DNA of 64,000 bases from Gemmatimonadales bacterium (lineage in GTDB: Bacteria > Gemmatimonadota > Gemmatimonadetes > Gemmatimonadales > Gemmatimonadaceae). The stretch lies in the NCBI GenBank assembly GCA_031394125.1, contig JANMWS010000009.1, forward strand, positions 39,754-103,753, in the 5' to 3' direction. The notes below the pieces were generated by a model, which did not search any database, had not been told where the DNA came from, and saw nothing but the letters and a program-made list of their open reading frames with translations. The first letter of the stretch is position 1; each line of letters starts with the position of its first letter. Positions 47,800-57,179 of this stretch are shown in pieces. The position numbers and the translations under genes are program-made.

Positions 47800-49583
47800 T
47801 GGCGAACCCAAAGAGAGCTCTCGCTTTAGTCCTTTTGCTGGCTAGTGTCGGGTGCAAGACGGCCACCAGTAATCCAGGGGATGTAACGGGCGCGGCGGTC
47901 TCGTCGCGCTGGACTGATTCCGTCCTTGCCTCGCTCAGTCTGCGCGAGAAGGCAGCGCAGATAGTGTGGCCGAGTGTGTTCGGCGATTTCGTGTCCGGCG
48001 ATTCGCCGCAGTGGCGCAGATTGACCGACTACATCCAGAAAGAAAAAGTGGGCGGGTTCACGATATCCGTGGGCTCGCCAACCGAAGTAGCCGCCAAGTT
48101 GAACGCGCTCCAGTCGATGAGTCAGCTGCCTCTTCTTTTCGGCGCTGATCTCGAGGCAGGAGCGGGTTTTCGCGCGAGAGGCGGTTATTTCGTCCCCAAT
48201 GCGATAGATCTGGGTGGGGCGATCGTTTTCCCTCCCGAAATGGCGGTTGGGGCAACTCGTGATACCACGCTTGCTTACGAGCAGGGAAGACTCACAGCGA
48301 TCGAAGGCCGCGCGCTTGGAATCCATATCGCGTACGCGCCGGTGCTCGACGTCAACAACAATCCCGACAATCCCGTCATCAACACCCGCTCATACGGAGA
48401 AGATCCGCAGCTCGACGCGCGTTTGGGCGTCGCCTTCATTCACGGAGTGCAGGATCACGGGATGATTGCAACGGGCAAGCACTTTCCGGGTCACGGAGAT
48501 ACGGGAACCAATTCCCATCTGGCCCTGCCTGTCGTGACCGTGAGCCGGAGCAGGCTCGACACTGTAGAGCTCGTTCCGTTCCGCGCCGCTGTGAATGGCG
48601 GGGTTGGAGCAATCATGTCCTTTCACGGCGCAATGCCGGCACTCGATTCGTCGAACGTGCCAGGAACGCTTTCGCCGAAGGTACTGACCGCGCTGCTTCG
48701 CGGAGAGCTGGGCTTCAAGGGGATAATCATTTCTGACGCGATGGACATGCGGGGAGTGCTTGATCAGTACGGCTCAGATGAGGCCGTGAAGCGCGCGATT
48801 TCGGCAGGAATCGATGTGCTCATACAGCCACTGGACGTCTCGCAAACCATTGATGCAGTCGTAGCGGGGGTCAGGGAGGGCCGCTACACCGAAGCGCGAT
48901 TGGATTCTTCAGTACGCAGAGTCGTTGAAACGAAGCGTCGCTTGGGGCTCGCGCAGCGGAAGCTCGTTGACTTGAACGCCTTGCGATTCCTGATTGGTGA
49001 CAGCTCGAATCTTCAGATCGCGCGCAGAGTGGCGGAAAAGTCCATCACTTTGGTGAAAGACTCGCTCAGGCAGGTCCCGATTGCCACAGGAAGTGCGAAA
49101 GTTCTGTCGATAACGCTTGCCAGGCGAGCCGACCTTGGCGCGGGGAACGCGTTCAATGCGGAGCTGCGCGCGGGCCTGCCAAATTTGCGCACCGAGTTCA
49201 TGGCAACCGAAGATGCTCCGCTGAATTTTCCGCGTCTGATCGCGGCAGCTGATTCAGCCGACGTGACGATCGTCGGGTCGTATGTGGGTCAGAACTGGGA
49301 TGCGGTAAGCGCTAGCGCGCCGCAGGCGTTCGCCAACTTCGTGCAGACTCTGGTTCAACGGGGAAGAAAGCCAATTGTGATTGCGTTCGGAAACCCATAT
49401 CTGCTCCAGCAACTGCCGTCGATTGGTGCTTATCTGGTTGCGTGGGGCGGTTTTCCGGTTTCTCAGACTGCGGCAGCCCGAGCACTACTCGGCTCGTCCG
49501 CGATCTCGGGTCACCTCCCGATCAGCATACCGCCATACGCCGGTCGCGGAACGGGAATTGAGAGGGCAGCAGTATCTAAGTAG
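47799..49583 (+). CDS. glycoside hydrolase family 3 (beta-N-acetylhexosaminidase/beta-glucosidase-like) lipoprotein
   Basis: Lipobox LLASVGC, KHFPGHGDT and the nucleophile region IISDAMDM. The ATG overlaps the yggX TAA (TAATG). The track ORF is 5'-extended from 47628. Confidence 0.85.
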   Translation: MANPKRALALVLLLASVGCKTATSNPGDVTGAAVSSRWTDSVLASLSLREKAAQIVWPSVFGDFVSGDSPQWRRLTDYIQKEKVGGFTISVGSPTEVAAKLNALQSMSQLPLLFGADLEAGAGFRARGGYFVPNAIDLGGAIVFPPEMAVGATRDTTLAYEQGRLTAIEGRALGIHIAYAPVLDVNNNPDNPVINTRSYGEDPQLDARLGVAFIHGVQDHGMIATGKHFPGHGDTGTNSHLALPVVTVSRSRLDTVELVPFRAAVNGGVGAIMSFHGAMPALDSSNVPGTLSPKVLTALLRGELGFKGIIISDAMDMRGVLDQYGSDEAVKRAISAGIDVLIQPLDVSQTIDAVVAGVREGRYTEARLDSSVRRVVETKRRLGLAQRKLVDLNALRFLIGDSSNLQIARRVAEKSITLVKDSLRQVPIATGSAKVLSITLARRADLGAGNAFNAELRAGLPNLRTEFMATEDAPLNFPRLIAAADSADVTIVGSYVGQNWDAVSASAPQAFANFVQTLVQRGRKPIVIAFGNPYLLQQLPSIGAYLVAWGGFPVSQTAAARALLGSSAISGHLPISIPPYAGRGTGIERAAVSK

Positions 49584-49646
49584 TGAGTTTTGTTTCGTCG
49601 TCAGATCAGTTGTCGCGATAACGAAATCGATTCGATTTTTTTTCTG

Positions 49647-49675
49647 TTGACGTTGTCACGCTCGAATTGTATATC
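49647..49675 (+). promoter_or_regulatory. sigma70-like promoter candidate TTGACG-17-TATATC
   Basis: Near-consensus hexamers with a 17-nt spacer inside a 200-bp AT-rich intergenic region, preceded by a T8 tract. Confidence 0.45.
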
Positions 49676-49752
49676 AGAGAACGCTCTCCTAGCGACGCGC
49701 GCAAGTAGCTGCTGCGACGTCATCCATAAAAACAACTGATGCGGTCTTGACT

Positions 49753-49773
49753 TTAGTCACCAAAAGTGACTAA
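49753..49773. promoter_or_regulatory. perfect inverted repeat TTAGTCAC-N5-GTGACTAA (operator candidate)
   Basis: 8-bp arms between a TTGACT -35 candidate (49747-49752) and a TAATTC -10 candidate (49771-49776). The ATG of the NrtR-like gene at 49785 implies a near-leaderless mRNA. Confidence 0.5.
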
Positions 49774-49784
49774 TTCGCTGCATC

Positions 49785-50456
49785 ATGCGCGAACGCCCCT
49801 CCAGAACCAGCCCGTACAGTATCGATGTGGTGCTGGTGACTGCGATGGGGAACGAGCTTGCGATCCTGCTGACACGCGGCTCCACCGAGCGTGAGCGGTG
49901 GGCTCTTCCGTGGCGAGCTCCGCAAGCTGGCGAGACTCTCGGAACCGCATCGGTCAGGTTGGGTGAAGACGCCTTGGGCGAGCCTCCGATCTGGACTGAG
50001 CAAATCGGCGCCTTCGGAGACGCCAAACGCCATCCGAGCGAGGCCGAGATGTCCGTCGCATTTGTTGGACTCGTCCCTCACCAAACAGCCTCCACCAACG
50101 CGGGTTACACCTGGTTTCCGATGCGCGACCTGCCCCCCCTTTCTCCTAGGCAGCGCGCCATGGTCGAGGCCGCGACGCGGACGATACAAGGCCGGCTCGA
50201 TCAGGCCCCGATTGCCTTCAGACTTCTGCCTTCGACATTCACATTGAGTGAGCTCCAGCAGATGTACGAGCTGCTGCTGGGTAAGCGTCTGCACAAAGCG
50301 AGCTTTCGGCGTGCCCTTCAAGGCGCCTGGCTCGTCGAACCCACGGACGAATGGCGCAGTGAAGGGAGAGGCCGACCGGCCCAACTCTTTCGGTACGCAC
50401 CGAAGAAAAGGCGCAGACCTCACCGGGGCGTGAGGTTCGATTTTCTCTATCCCTGA
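49785..50456 (+). CDS. NrtR-like regulator (Nudix-fold domain with degenerate Nudix box plus C-terminal winged helix)
   Basis: Nudix-box position reads GETLGTASVRLGEDALGE (canonical GX5EX7REUXEEXGU, with RE replaced by RL). The C-terminal FTLSELQQMYELLLGKRLHKASFRR...GRGRPAQLFRY matches the NrtR wHTH pattern. Confidence 0.7.
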   Translation: MRERPSRTSPYSIDVVLVTAMGNELAILLTRGSTERERWALPWRAPQAGETLGTASVRLGEDALGEPPIWTEQIGAFGDAKRHPSEAEMSVAFVGLVPHQTASTNAGYTWFPMRDLPPLSPRQRAMVEAATRTIQGRLDQAPIAFRLLPSTFTLSELQQMYELLLGKRLHKASFRRALQGAWLVEPTDEWRSEGRGRPAQLFRYAPKKRRRPHRGVRFDFLYP

Positions 50457-50570
50457 GACCAGTTAAGGCCAGTATAACCCCCACCAGCCTCAGGAACCCC
50501 TTGCGGTAGCGGTGTATTAGTTGCAATGTGTACCTAAGGCTCGACCCCTTGAAAAAGGAGCCCGGTAGCT

Positions 50571-50879
50571 ATGCTGGCTTATCTGGACGGTTTGTGCGCA
50601 GCCTTACTCGCACGAGACAGCACAGAGATACAGCGACTTTTGGCACTTCCAGCAGCGCGCGATCTACCACGTAGAGTGCGCGAGGAAGCCGTTGCCATAT
50701 CCCGCGCTGGCAACCGCAGCTTCATGGCGCCGATACATTCCCTCCACTTCTATTACAAGCTCACTCACATGGTCGACGAGTCGAGCGATCCGATATTCGG
50801 AGATTCTTCGAAGCAGAGCGAAGCAGATGGCGGGCAGATCGAGCTTCCTCTCCGCAAAGTAGGAAACGGCGGGCGTTAA
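50571..50879 (+). CDS. hypothetical protein (102 aa)
   Basis: AAGGAG lies 10 nt upstream of the ATG. No motif recognised. Codon usage is atypical (several ATA, TTA, AGA, CTA codons; GC3 about 55%). Confidence 0.45.
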   Translation: MLAYLDGLCAALLARDSTEIQRLLALPAARDLPRRVREEAVAISRAGNRSFMAPIHSLHFYYKLTHMVDESSDPIFGDSSKQSEADGGQIELPLRKVGNGGR

Positions 50880-50885
50880 GTCCGG

Positions 50886-53690
50886 CTAAACGAGTGCCCG
50901 GAGTGAGTTTTTCTTCTTCATCGCGTCGCCCCAGACATCTCCAATTTTCTCGAACCGCTCCGCGGCATTTCTCAGATTGAATGCGCGCAGATCGAGATCG
51001 TCCGTCAGCTCATTCCACTTAAGGGGGGTCGAAACCGTAGCGCCGGCTTTCGCACGCAGGCTGTACGCGGCCGCAACGGTCTTACCCTGAATGTTCTGCA
51101 GGTAATCGACGTAAACCGTTGCAGCTCCGCGCTCTTTGACGAAGCGTTCGATCGTGGCCTCTTTGGGGTGCGCGGCCGCAATTTTCGTCGCGATCATCTG
51201 CGCAACGAGCGTCGCCGCCTCGTTCGGCGTCCGCGGAGGAAGAGGTAGATAAATATGTAACCCCGTCGAGCCGGAAGTCTTGATGGTGGCATTGAGCCCG
51301 AATCCGTCGATCACCTCCTTTGCCCAGCGGGCGACCTGAATGACACGGGCGAAATTGGCGCGGGGGCCCGGATCCAGATCGATAATCGTATGGTCGGCGT
51401 ATTCCAGTGATTGAACGCGCGAATGCCACGGATCTACTGAGATTGCCCCAAGCTGGACCGTGTAAAGGAGGGTGAGGAGATCTCCTCCAATGATCCGCCT
51501 CTGTTTTTCTCCGCCGTCGGTTTCTATCAGCTCTACCCGGACCTCGGGTGGAGTAGTGTCTGACGCCTTCTGCTGGTAAAAGCTCTCGCCGTCGATCCCA
51601 TTCGGGAATCGTTTCAGAACCAGCGGGCGATCCTGCATGACCGGCAGGATATAGTCGGCGATGCGCGTGTAGTAACGCATTACCTCGCCTTTGGTGCACC
51701 TCTCCTTCGGGAAAAAGATCTTGTCCAGGTTGGAAACCTTGAGCGTCTTTCCGCCGCCGAAGTCAAGGGAGCCGTCGCCGCCTTTCTCCTCGATTGCTGC
51801 AAGCTGCTCCAGCAGTGAGGCTTTATCGATTTTCCCACGCGTCCTGCCAGCCGATGGAGCTCGCCGTGCGGTTTTTCGTGGCAGAGCCTTCGTCGCCGTT
51901 TTGGTGCGGGCAGCAATGCTGTGGCGCGCCGGCTGTTTGGCGATCGTGCGGCCGCGCGCTGATTTCTTCTGGACGCTCGTCGGATCGAGGCCGACGTCCT
52001 TCGGATACTTATCGTCGCGCACACCAAGAAAAATCGGCTGGCGGAGCCGGCGGTCCGCGGTCCATTCGTTGAACTTCACCTCGACCACAACTTCCGGCTT
52101 GATCCAATGAGCCGTTTCGTTGGTTTTCGGCATTTCTTCGAAAGGCGAAGTCTTTCTCTGCAGTGGTTTGAGACGACGATACATTTCCTCCAGCCCCTGT
52201 CTTGTAAACCCGCCACCCGTGTGACCGACGTAGATGAACCGACCGTGGTCGAAGTAGCCCAGCAGGAGGGCGCCGATGTGCTCTCGGCTGTTGCGCGGCT
52301 CGGTATAGCCGCCTACTACGAACTCCTGCCTGAATTCGATCTTGAGCTTGAGCCAGTTCCGTGACCGGTTGCCGGGTTCGTAGCGGGAGTCAATACGCTT
52401 GGCGATGATTCCCTCCCAGCCCTGACGGCGCGCCTCCTCGAGCATTTTTTTGCCGTCACCTTGTACCGACTCGGTGATGCGAAGCTGCTCCGAGACGCGT
52501 TTCCCGACTCGCTTGACGAGGCGAGCACGCCGCTCCGTCCACGGCTCCTTGCTCAGCACTTCGTCCCCATCCATCAGGATGTCGAAAAGAATTAGCGCGG
52601 CGGGCGTGGAAGACGAGTGTCGTTCGATCATGTGCGAGTCTTTTACGTGCATGCGGCTCTGGAGCTCTTGGAAGCGCGCGGGCACCCCATCGATCAGCGC
52701 GACGATCTCGCCGTCGAGAACGAATGATCTCCTGGACTGAGCCGCAAGTTTCTTCAGAGTCGCAACGATCTCGGGAAATTGCTGTGCTTTGTCCTTGCCA
52801 TTGCGGGTAACGAGTTTTACGTCGGTAGAGGTTGCGTAGGCAAGAATACGAATGCCGTCGTACTTGGCCTCAAACGTCCAACCCTGTTCCGGCACTTCGC
52901 TTCCGACGCTCGCGTACATCGGCTCGAGCGACTTGAGAGAGGGCTTCGCCGACGATAATGTCGCCGCAATTTTCCGCGGAGCGACCTTCACTCGCGATGA
53001 TATCGCCGCAGCCTTTTTCGGCTCGCGATTGCTGCGCCAGACTTTGCTCTTTCCTGATGCTATCTCTTCCATGGTCCGGCCCGTGTCGACCGAGGTCATG
53101 TTCTCCGCAACGACATCCCCTTCGCTCGCGAATTCATCGCGATGCTTGATGAGGAGCCATTGGGGCTTGGACGATCCGTCACGCGCGAATTTCATGCGAA
53201 TGAGAGCGTAGGAGCCGTGAAGCTTGTCGCCGTGAAATGTGATCTTGAGGTCCCCGCGTTTCAGTCCTTCGCGGATGGTGTTCTGTTCCTCATCGGGTGA
53301 GATGGCGACGTCAGACGAGTACGTCCCGCGGTCCCAGAGCATGACCGTCCCGCCGCCGTATTCTCCCTTCGGGATGGTTCCTTCAAATGTGTTGTAGTCG
53401 ATCGGGTGATCCTCGACTTGCATCGCCAGGCGTTTGACCGAAGGGTCGCGGCTCGGCCCTTTTGGAACGGCCCAACTCTTCATCACTCCATCGAGCTCGA
53501 GGCGAAGGTCAAAGTGGAGGTGACTCGCTGCGTGCTTCTGGATGACAAAACGGAGATGGCCTGCGCGCTTGGGAGACGCGGACTCGTCGCCTGACGGCTC
53601 GGCCGTCTTGTCGAAGTCGCGCTTGCGCTGATACTCGGCAAGCTGGCCGCGTGCGCTGCGCCTGGCGCTCCCGCTAGTCGTTACGGCCAT
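50886..53690 (-). CDS. ligD: multidomain ATP-dependent DNA ligase LigD (phosphoesterase-ligase-polymerase order)
   Basis: N-terminal PE domain (RFVIQKHAASHLHFDLRLE), ligase adenylation motif FEAKYDGIR and a basic linker. The C-terminal primase-polymerase domain begins around LKVSNLDKIFFP. Confidence 0.95.
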   Translation of the reverse strand: MAVTTSGSARRSARGQLAEYQRKRDFDKTAEPSGDESASPKRAGHLRFVIQKHAASHLHFDLRLELDGVMKSWAVPKGPSRDPSVKRLAMQVEDHPIDYNTFEGTIPKGEYGGGTVMLWDRGTYSSDVAISPDEEQNTIREGLKRGDLKITFHGDKLHGSYALIRMKFARDGSSKPQWLLIKHRDEFASEGDVVAENMTSVDTGRTMEEIASGKSKVWRSNREPKKAAAISSRVKVAPRKIAATLSSAKPSLKSLEPMYASVGSEVPEQGWTFEAKYDGIRILAYATSTDVKLVTRNGKDKAQQFPEIVATLKKLAAQSRRSFVLDGEIVALIDGVPARFQELQSRMHVKDSHMIERHSSSTPAALILFDILMDGDEVLSKEPWTERRARLVKRVGKRVSEQLRITESVQGDGKKMLEEARRQGWEGIIAKRIDSRYEPGNRSRNWLKLKIEFRQEFVVGGYTEPRNSREHIGALLLGYFDHGRFIYVGHTGGGFTRQGLEEMYRRLKPLQRKTSPFEEMPKTNETAHWIKPEVVVEVKFNEWTADRRLRQPIFLGVRDDKYPKDVGLDPTSVQKKSARGRTIAKQPARHSIAARTKTATKALPRKTARRAPSAGRTRGKIDKASLLEQLAAIEEKGGDGSLDFGGGKTLKVSNLDKIFFPKERCTKGEVMRYYTRIADYILPVMQDRPLVLKRFPNGIDGESFYQQKASDTTPPEVRVELIETDGGEKQRRIIGGDLLTLLYTVQLGAISVDPWHSRVQSLEYADHTIIDLDPGPRANFARVIQVARWAKEVIDGFGLNATIKTSGSTGLHIYLPLPPRTPNEAATLVAQMIATKIAAAHPKEATIERFVKERGAATVYVDYLQNIQGKTVAAAYSLRAKAGATVSTPLKWNELTDDLDLRAFNLRNAAERFEKIGDVWGDAMKKKNSLRALV

Positions 53691-53699
53691 GACGGCGCC

Positions 53700-54559
53700 T
53701 TATGCTGTCTTTCGCTTCTTCGGCTTCGCGGGTCTGCGGCCTGCCGCCACCGCCTTTTTCTTGGCGCGAACAGCTCCTTTTTTCCCGCTCCCTTCCTCCA
53801 GGCTGGCACGAAGGCGTGACATGAGGTCAAGAACCCCGCTGTCCTCAGTCTCGACCTCGGGCTCCTCAAGCTTGGCCTTCTTTCCCTTCATTTTTGCTTT
53901 GATGACTTTCATCAGATTGGAGCGATAGTCGTCGGTGTACCGAGTGGGGTCGAATGGCGCCGCAAGGTTTCCGACCAACTGCTCGGCCATCTGGAGCTCC
54001 TGAGGCCGCACCGCATCGCGGGCGGGAAAGTTGAACTCAGCGGCGTCGACCAGCTCGTTGGCGAATCGCATGATCTCGAGCACGAGCGCATCGCCGATAA
54101 CCTTCACACCGGCGAGATGCTGGGTCTGCCTGATGATGATCTTTCCAATACCGACCGATCCGGTGCTTCGAATCGCTTCACGAAGTAACGCGTACGGTTT
54201 CTCGCCGCCTTTGGTGGGAACGAGGTAATAAGGTGTCTCGAAGTAGCGGGGGTCAATCTCATCCTGCTTGACGAAATCGAGGATGTCGATCGTCCTGGAT
54301 TGTTCGAGAGCGGCGGTCTTGAAGTCTTCATCGGTGAGCACGACGAATTTTCCCTTCTCGTACTCATAGCCTTTGACGATCTCATTCCACGGAACGGTCT
54401 CGCCGTCAGCCGTGCAGACGCGCTCGTATTTGACGGGTGAAAGATCTTCTTCGCGGAGGAGGCGGAAACTGATATGGTCGGCGCGAACCGCGGTCTTCAA
54501 TTCCACTGGAATATTCACGAGCCCGAATGTCAGCGAGCCTTTCCAGATTGCGGCCATCC
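53700..54559 (-). CDS. ku: Ku protein (NHEJ DNA-end-binding)
   Basis: MAAIWKGSLTFGLVNIPV N-terminus and a Lys-rich C-terminal tail. 9 nt upstream of ligD. The track ORF is 5'-extended to 54653. Confidence 0.95.
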
Positions 54560-54651
54560 CGGCACCCCCGGTTCGAGTGAGCGAATCGATGGGCAGAGGA
54601 AGCAACTCATATGCCGCCTGTGGAAAACCAATTTTGTGAGCGCGTCGACGC

Positions 54652-54679
54652 AAAAAAGCCCCGTTGAACGGGGCTTTTT
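54652..54679 (-). terminator. rho-independent terminator after csp (A6-GCCCCGT-tga-ACGGGGC-T5)
   Basis: 7-bp GC stem with a 3-nt loop, flanked by A and T runs. Lies between the csp stop (54693) and the ku start. Confidence 0.8.
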
Positions 54680-54692
54680 GGTTTTGAGACGG

Positions 54693-54902
54693 TCAACTGA
54701 CTTTTGTTACGTCCGCGGCCTGTGGTCCTTTCTGGCCCTGCACAACTTCGAACTCGACCTTATCGCCTTCGGCGAGAGACTTGAATCCGGATCCGCCGAT
54801 TGCGCTGAAATGCACAAACACGTCCGGGCCTCCCTCACGAGAAATGAACCCAAATCCCTTGGCGTCGTTGAACCATTTGACCGTACCAGTAATGCGTGCC
54901 AT
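54693..54902 (-). CDS. cold-shock protein, CspA family (second copy)
   Basis: [25 protein letters not shown], 69 aa, RBS GGAGAGGA. The track ORF is 5'-extended to 54941. Confidence 0.95.
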   Translation of the reverse strand: MARITGTVKWFNDAKGFGFISREGGPDVFVHFSAIGGSGFKSLAEGDKVEFEVVQGQKGPQAADVTKVS

Positions 54903-54990
54903 TGAACTAATCCTCTCCCGGCTGGGCAATCCGTAAATCATCTACCATAGGCGAGCAAGCGTGCAGGAACGCTTCGCTGACCATTCGGCG

Positions 54991-55019
54991 ATTGCAGAGG
55001 AAAAGCAAGTTTTGTGCAA
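54991..55019 (-). promoter_or_regulatory. promoter candidate for second csp (TTGCAC-17-TGCAAT on minus strand)
   Basis: Hexamers with a 17-nt spacer. Implies an ~80-nt 5' UTR. Confidence 0.4.
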
Positions 55020-55031
55020 CAGCCTGGAGTC

Positions 55032-55241
55032 TTACGCCGCTCCCGCGACGTAGTGCGCCGATCTTCCACAGCTCTTGCACCGCAGCGTCACGTGCGTGTA
55101 GGGCGGCGGTGGTATCTGGCGAGGATCTCGTTCGATCGAGCCTGAGCAGGAAGGACAGCTCAGAGGAGATCCACTCCGATCGTTGCTGATGAGGAAGAGT
55201 GCCTGGGCAGGATTGTACGCATTCGGACGTGGCTTGCGCAT
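55032..55241 (-). CDS. small zinc-ribbon protein candidate (69 aa)
   Basis: GGAGA lies 7 nt upstream of the ATG at 55241. Two CxxC pairs (CPSC ... CKSC). GC3 is roughly 65-70%. Sits between a strong terminator and the csp promoter candidate. Confidence 0.45.
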   Translation of the reverse strand: MRKPRPNAYNPAQALFLISNDRSGSPLSCPSCSGSIERDPRQIPPPPYTHVTLRCKSCGRSAHYVAGAA

Positions 55242-55426
55242 ATATGGGTCTCCAATTACTTCTTCGCAGCGGTGCACCCGAGCGCTGCACGGGTGAGCAT
55301 TGACCGCTATTCGGTGAAGAAGAGCCATCCCGATTTGGAGCCTCCGGCACGGCCCTCAGCACCGGACTTATACCTACAACCGGCTGAAACGTTCCGGGGC
55401 CGAAAAGCCACCTTGTGGCAAGGCAA

Positions 55427-55460
55427 TAAAAAAACCCCGGCGGGAAGAATCCCGCCGGGG
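55427..55460 (-). terminator. rho-independent terminator after the S41 peptidase gene
   Basis: CCCCGGCGGGA-agaa-TCCCGCCGGGG stem, followed on the minus strand by a U7-8 run. Confidence 0.85.
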
Positions 55461-55477
55461 TTCGCTTAGTCGACGGT

Positions 55478-57073
55478 TTATTGCCGCGCGGACGCGGTAG
55501 CCTGCTCCCGCTGAGCGATCGCGAACAGGTCTTTCTGCGACTGGCTCTGCTTGAGAACGTCGATCGCGTGCACTAGCTGGGTGTCTTCTGGAATGCCGCG
55601 ACGCTTAGCGATTGAATCGCCAAACGCCAGACGTGCCAGCGTGTTGCCGAGCAGGCGATCGATTTCAGGCCCCGCCGCCTCGTACTGCGCGTGATCGACC
55701 GTCACACCTTTGGCCTTGAGGCGGTTGTAGAACTCCTCCCGCCATGCCGGCGCCACCGTGAAGTTCGGCTTGACCGTTTTCTTCAGCTCCAGTGAATAGT
55801 CGATAAGAGTAGCTCTGACATCAGCGGTCTTGGGAGCGAAAGCGTTAAAGACTTTTTGTTCGATGGTGCTCAGAGTGTCAGGTCTCACTATTATGTCGGG
55901 CGTGATTGCACCCCCGCCGTAAACGACGCGGCCGGCGTCCGATCTGAACGTCGGACGTGAGCGACGCGCTGAATCTGTTTCCAGGGAATCCGGCATCACT
56001 TCGACGAAGTCTCCACTCGGAAGAAGCTTGCGCTCCTTCTGGATTGAGCGGCCGCTCGGCGTGTACCACTTTGCGGTCGTCATCTTGAGGGCGTAACCGC
56101 CGTCGAGCGGGAATACAGACTGTACGAGTCCCTTTCCGAACGAGGTCGTTCCGACGATCAACGCCCGATCGTGATCCTGGAGTGCGCCGGCGACAATCTC
56201 AGATGCTGAGGCACTTCTGCCATCGGTGAGAAGCACGAGCGGAATCGTCGGCGCGACGGGATCATCGCTGGCGACGAATGTCTGATTCTCGCCATTACGC
56301 GCGCGAATGCTGGAGATCTGCTGCCCCTTTTTCAGGAAGAGGTTGCTGACGCTCAACGACTGATCGAGAATGCCGCCCGGATTGCCGCGCAGATCGATGA
56401 TGATTCCCTTGGCACCGCTACGCGTGAGCCTGGTGACCGAAGACTCGATCTCATCCTTTGCGCTTTCGTTGAACTGGAGGAGCGGGATGTAGCCGATCTT
56501 CCCATCGAGCATCATCGCGTAAGGGACCGCGGGAATATTGATGAGGGCGCGAGTGAATGTGATTGGAATCAGCTCGGGTACGCCGGGGCGCGAGAACTTG
56601 ACCAGCACCTTGCTGCCTGGAGCTCCTTTGAGAGCCTCGGAAGTCTGCGAGACGGTCCAGCCGCGGGTATTCGTCGTATCGACGAAGTTGATGCGATCAC
56701 CTTCCTGGACACCCGCCTGCTCTGCGGGGGTATGCGGAAATACGCGCTGGACCGAGATGAAGCCCTGAGTTTCGGCGATCTCCATTCCGATGCCGGCGTA
56801 GCGACCGTTGGTTTGCGCGTTGAAGGAGGATAGCTCCTTCGGGGAAAGCAGCACGCTGTAGGGGTCGTTCAGCTCGTGGACCAGACCGCGTGCGGCCTTT
56901 TCGTAGAGAGTCGCAGCGTCGACGGTATCAACAAAACGGCTGGAGACAATGTTGAGCACCTGATCGAGGAGCCGAGCACCCTGCTGGGTCTCGCGCTGCT
57001 GGAATACGAAGCCTCCGGCCATCATTGGAATCAGAAGGAGGCCGAAAAGCATGCTTTTTCTGGATCGCGACAT
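55478..57073 (-). CDS. ctp: S41 family C-terminal processing peptidase with PDZ domain
   Basis: PDZ (GIGMEIAETQGFISVQRVFPHTPAEQAGVQEGD), IIDLRGNPGG and SASASEIVAGALQD...SFGKG (Ser/Lys dyad region). Start placed at Met 57073; the track ORF is 5'-extended to 57526. Confidence 0.9.
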   Translation of the reverse strand: MSRSRKSMLFGLLLIPMMAGGFVFQQRETQQGARLLDQVLNIVSSRFVDTVDAATLYEKAARGLVHELNDPYSVLLSPKELSSFNAQTNGRYAGIGMEIAETQGFISVQRVFPHTPAEQAGVQEGDRINFVDTTNTRGWTVSQTSEALKGAPGSKVLVKFSRPGVPELIPITFTRALINIPAVPYAMMLDGKIGYIPLLQFNESAKDEIESSVTRLTRSGAKGIIIDLRGNPGGILDQSLSVSNLFLKKGQQISSIRARNGENQTFVASDDPVAPTIPLVLLTDGRSASASEIVAGALQDHDRALIVGTTSFGKGLVQSVFPLDGGYALKMTTAKWYTPSGRSIQKERKLLPSGDFVEVMPDSLETDSARRSRPTFRSDAGRVVYGGGAITPDIIVRPDTLSTIEQKVFNAFAPKTADVRATLIDYSLELKKTVKPNFTVAPAWREEFYNRLKAKGVTVDHAQYEAAGPEIDRLLGNTLARLAFGDSIAKRRGIPEDTQLVHAIDVLKQSQSQKDLFAIAQREQATASARQ

Positions 57074-57179
57074 ACGGGCTATGTAATTGGGAAGGCGGTA
57101 ACCTAATAAGATACGCCCGCTAGGAGGCAGTGTTCCAAGAATGACGCACGAAAGACACCACCGGACACATAGTAGCTGG

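Noticed and set aside
54907-55362. 151-aa minus-strand ORF and the 98-aa ORF (55032-55328) as the real gene in the csp-upstream gap
   Set aside because: The 151-aa frame runs through the csp ribosome-binding site, promoter candidate and start region, and has no SD. The 98-aa version lacks an SD at its ATG, whereas the internal ATG at 55241 has GGAGA at 7 nt.
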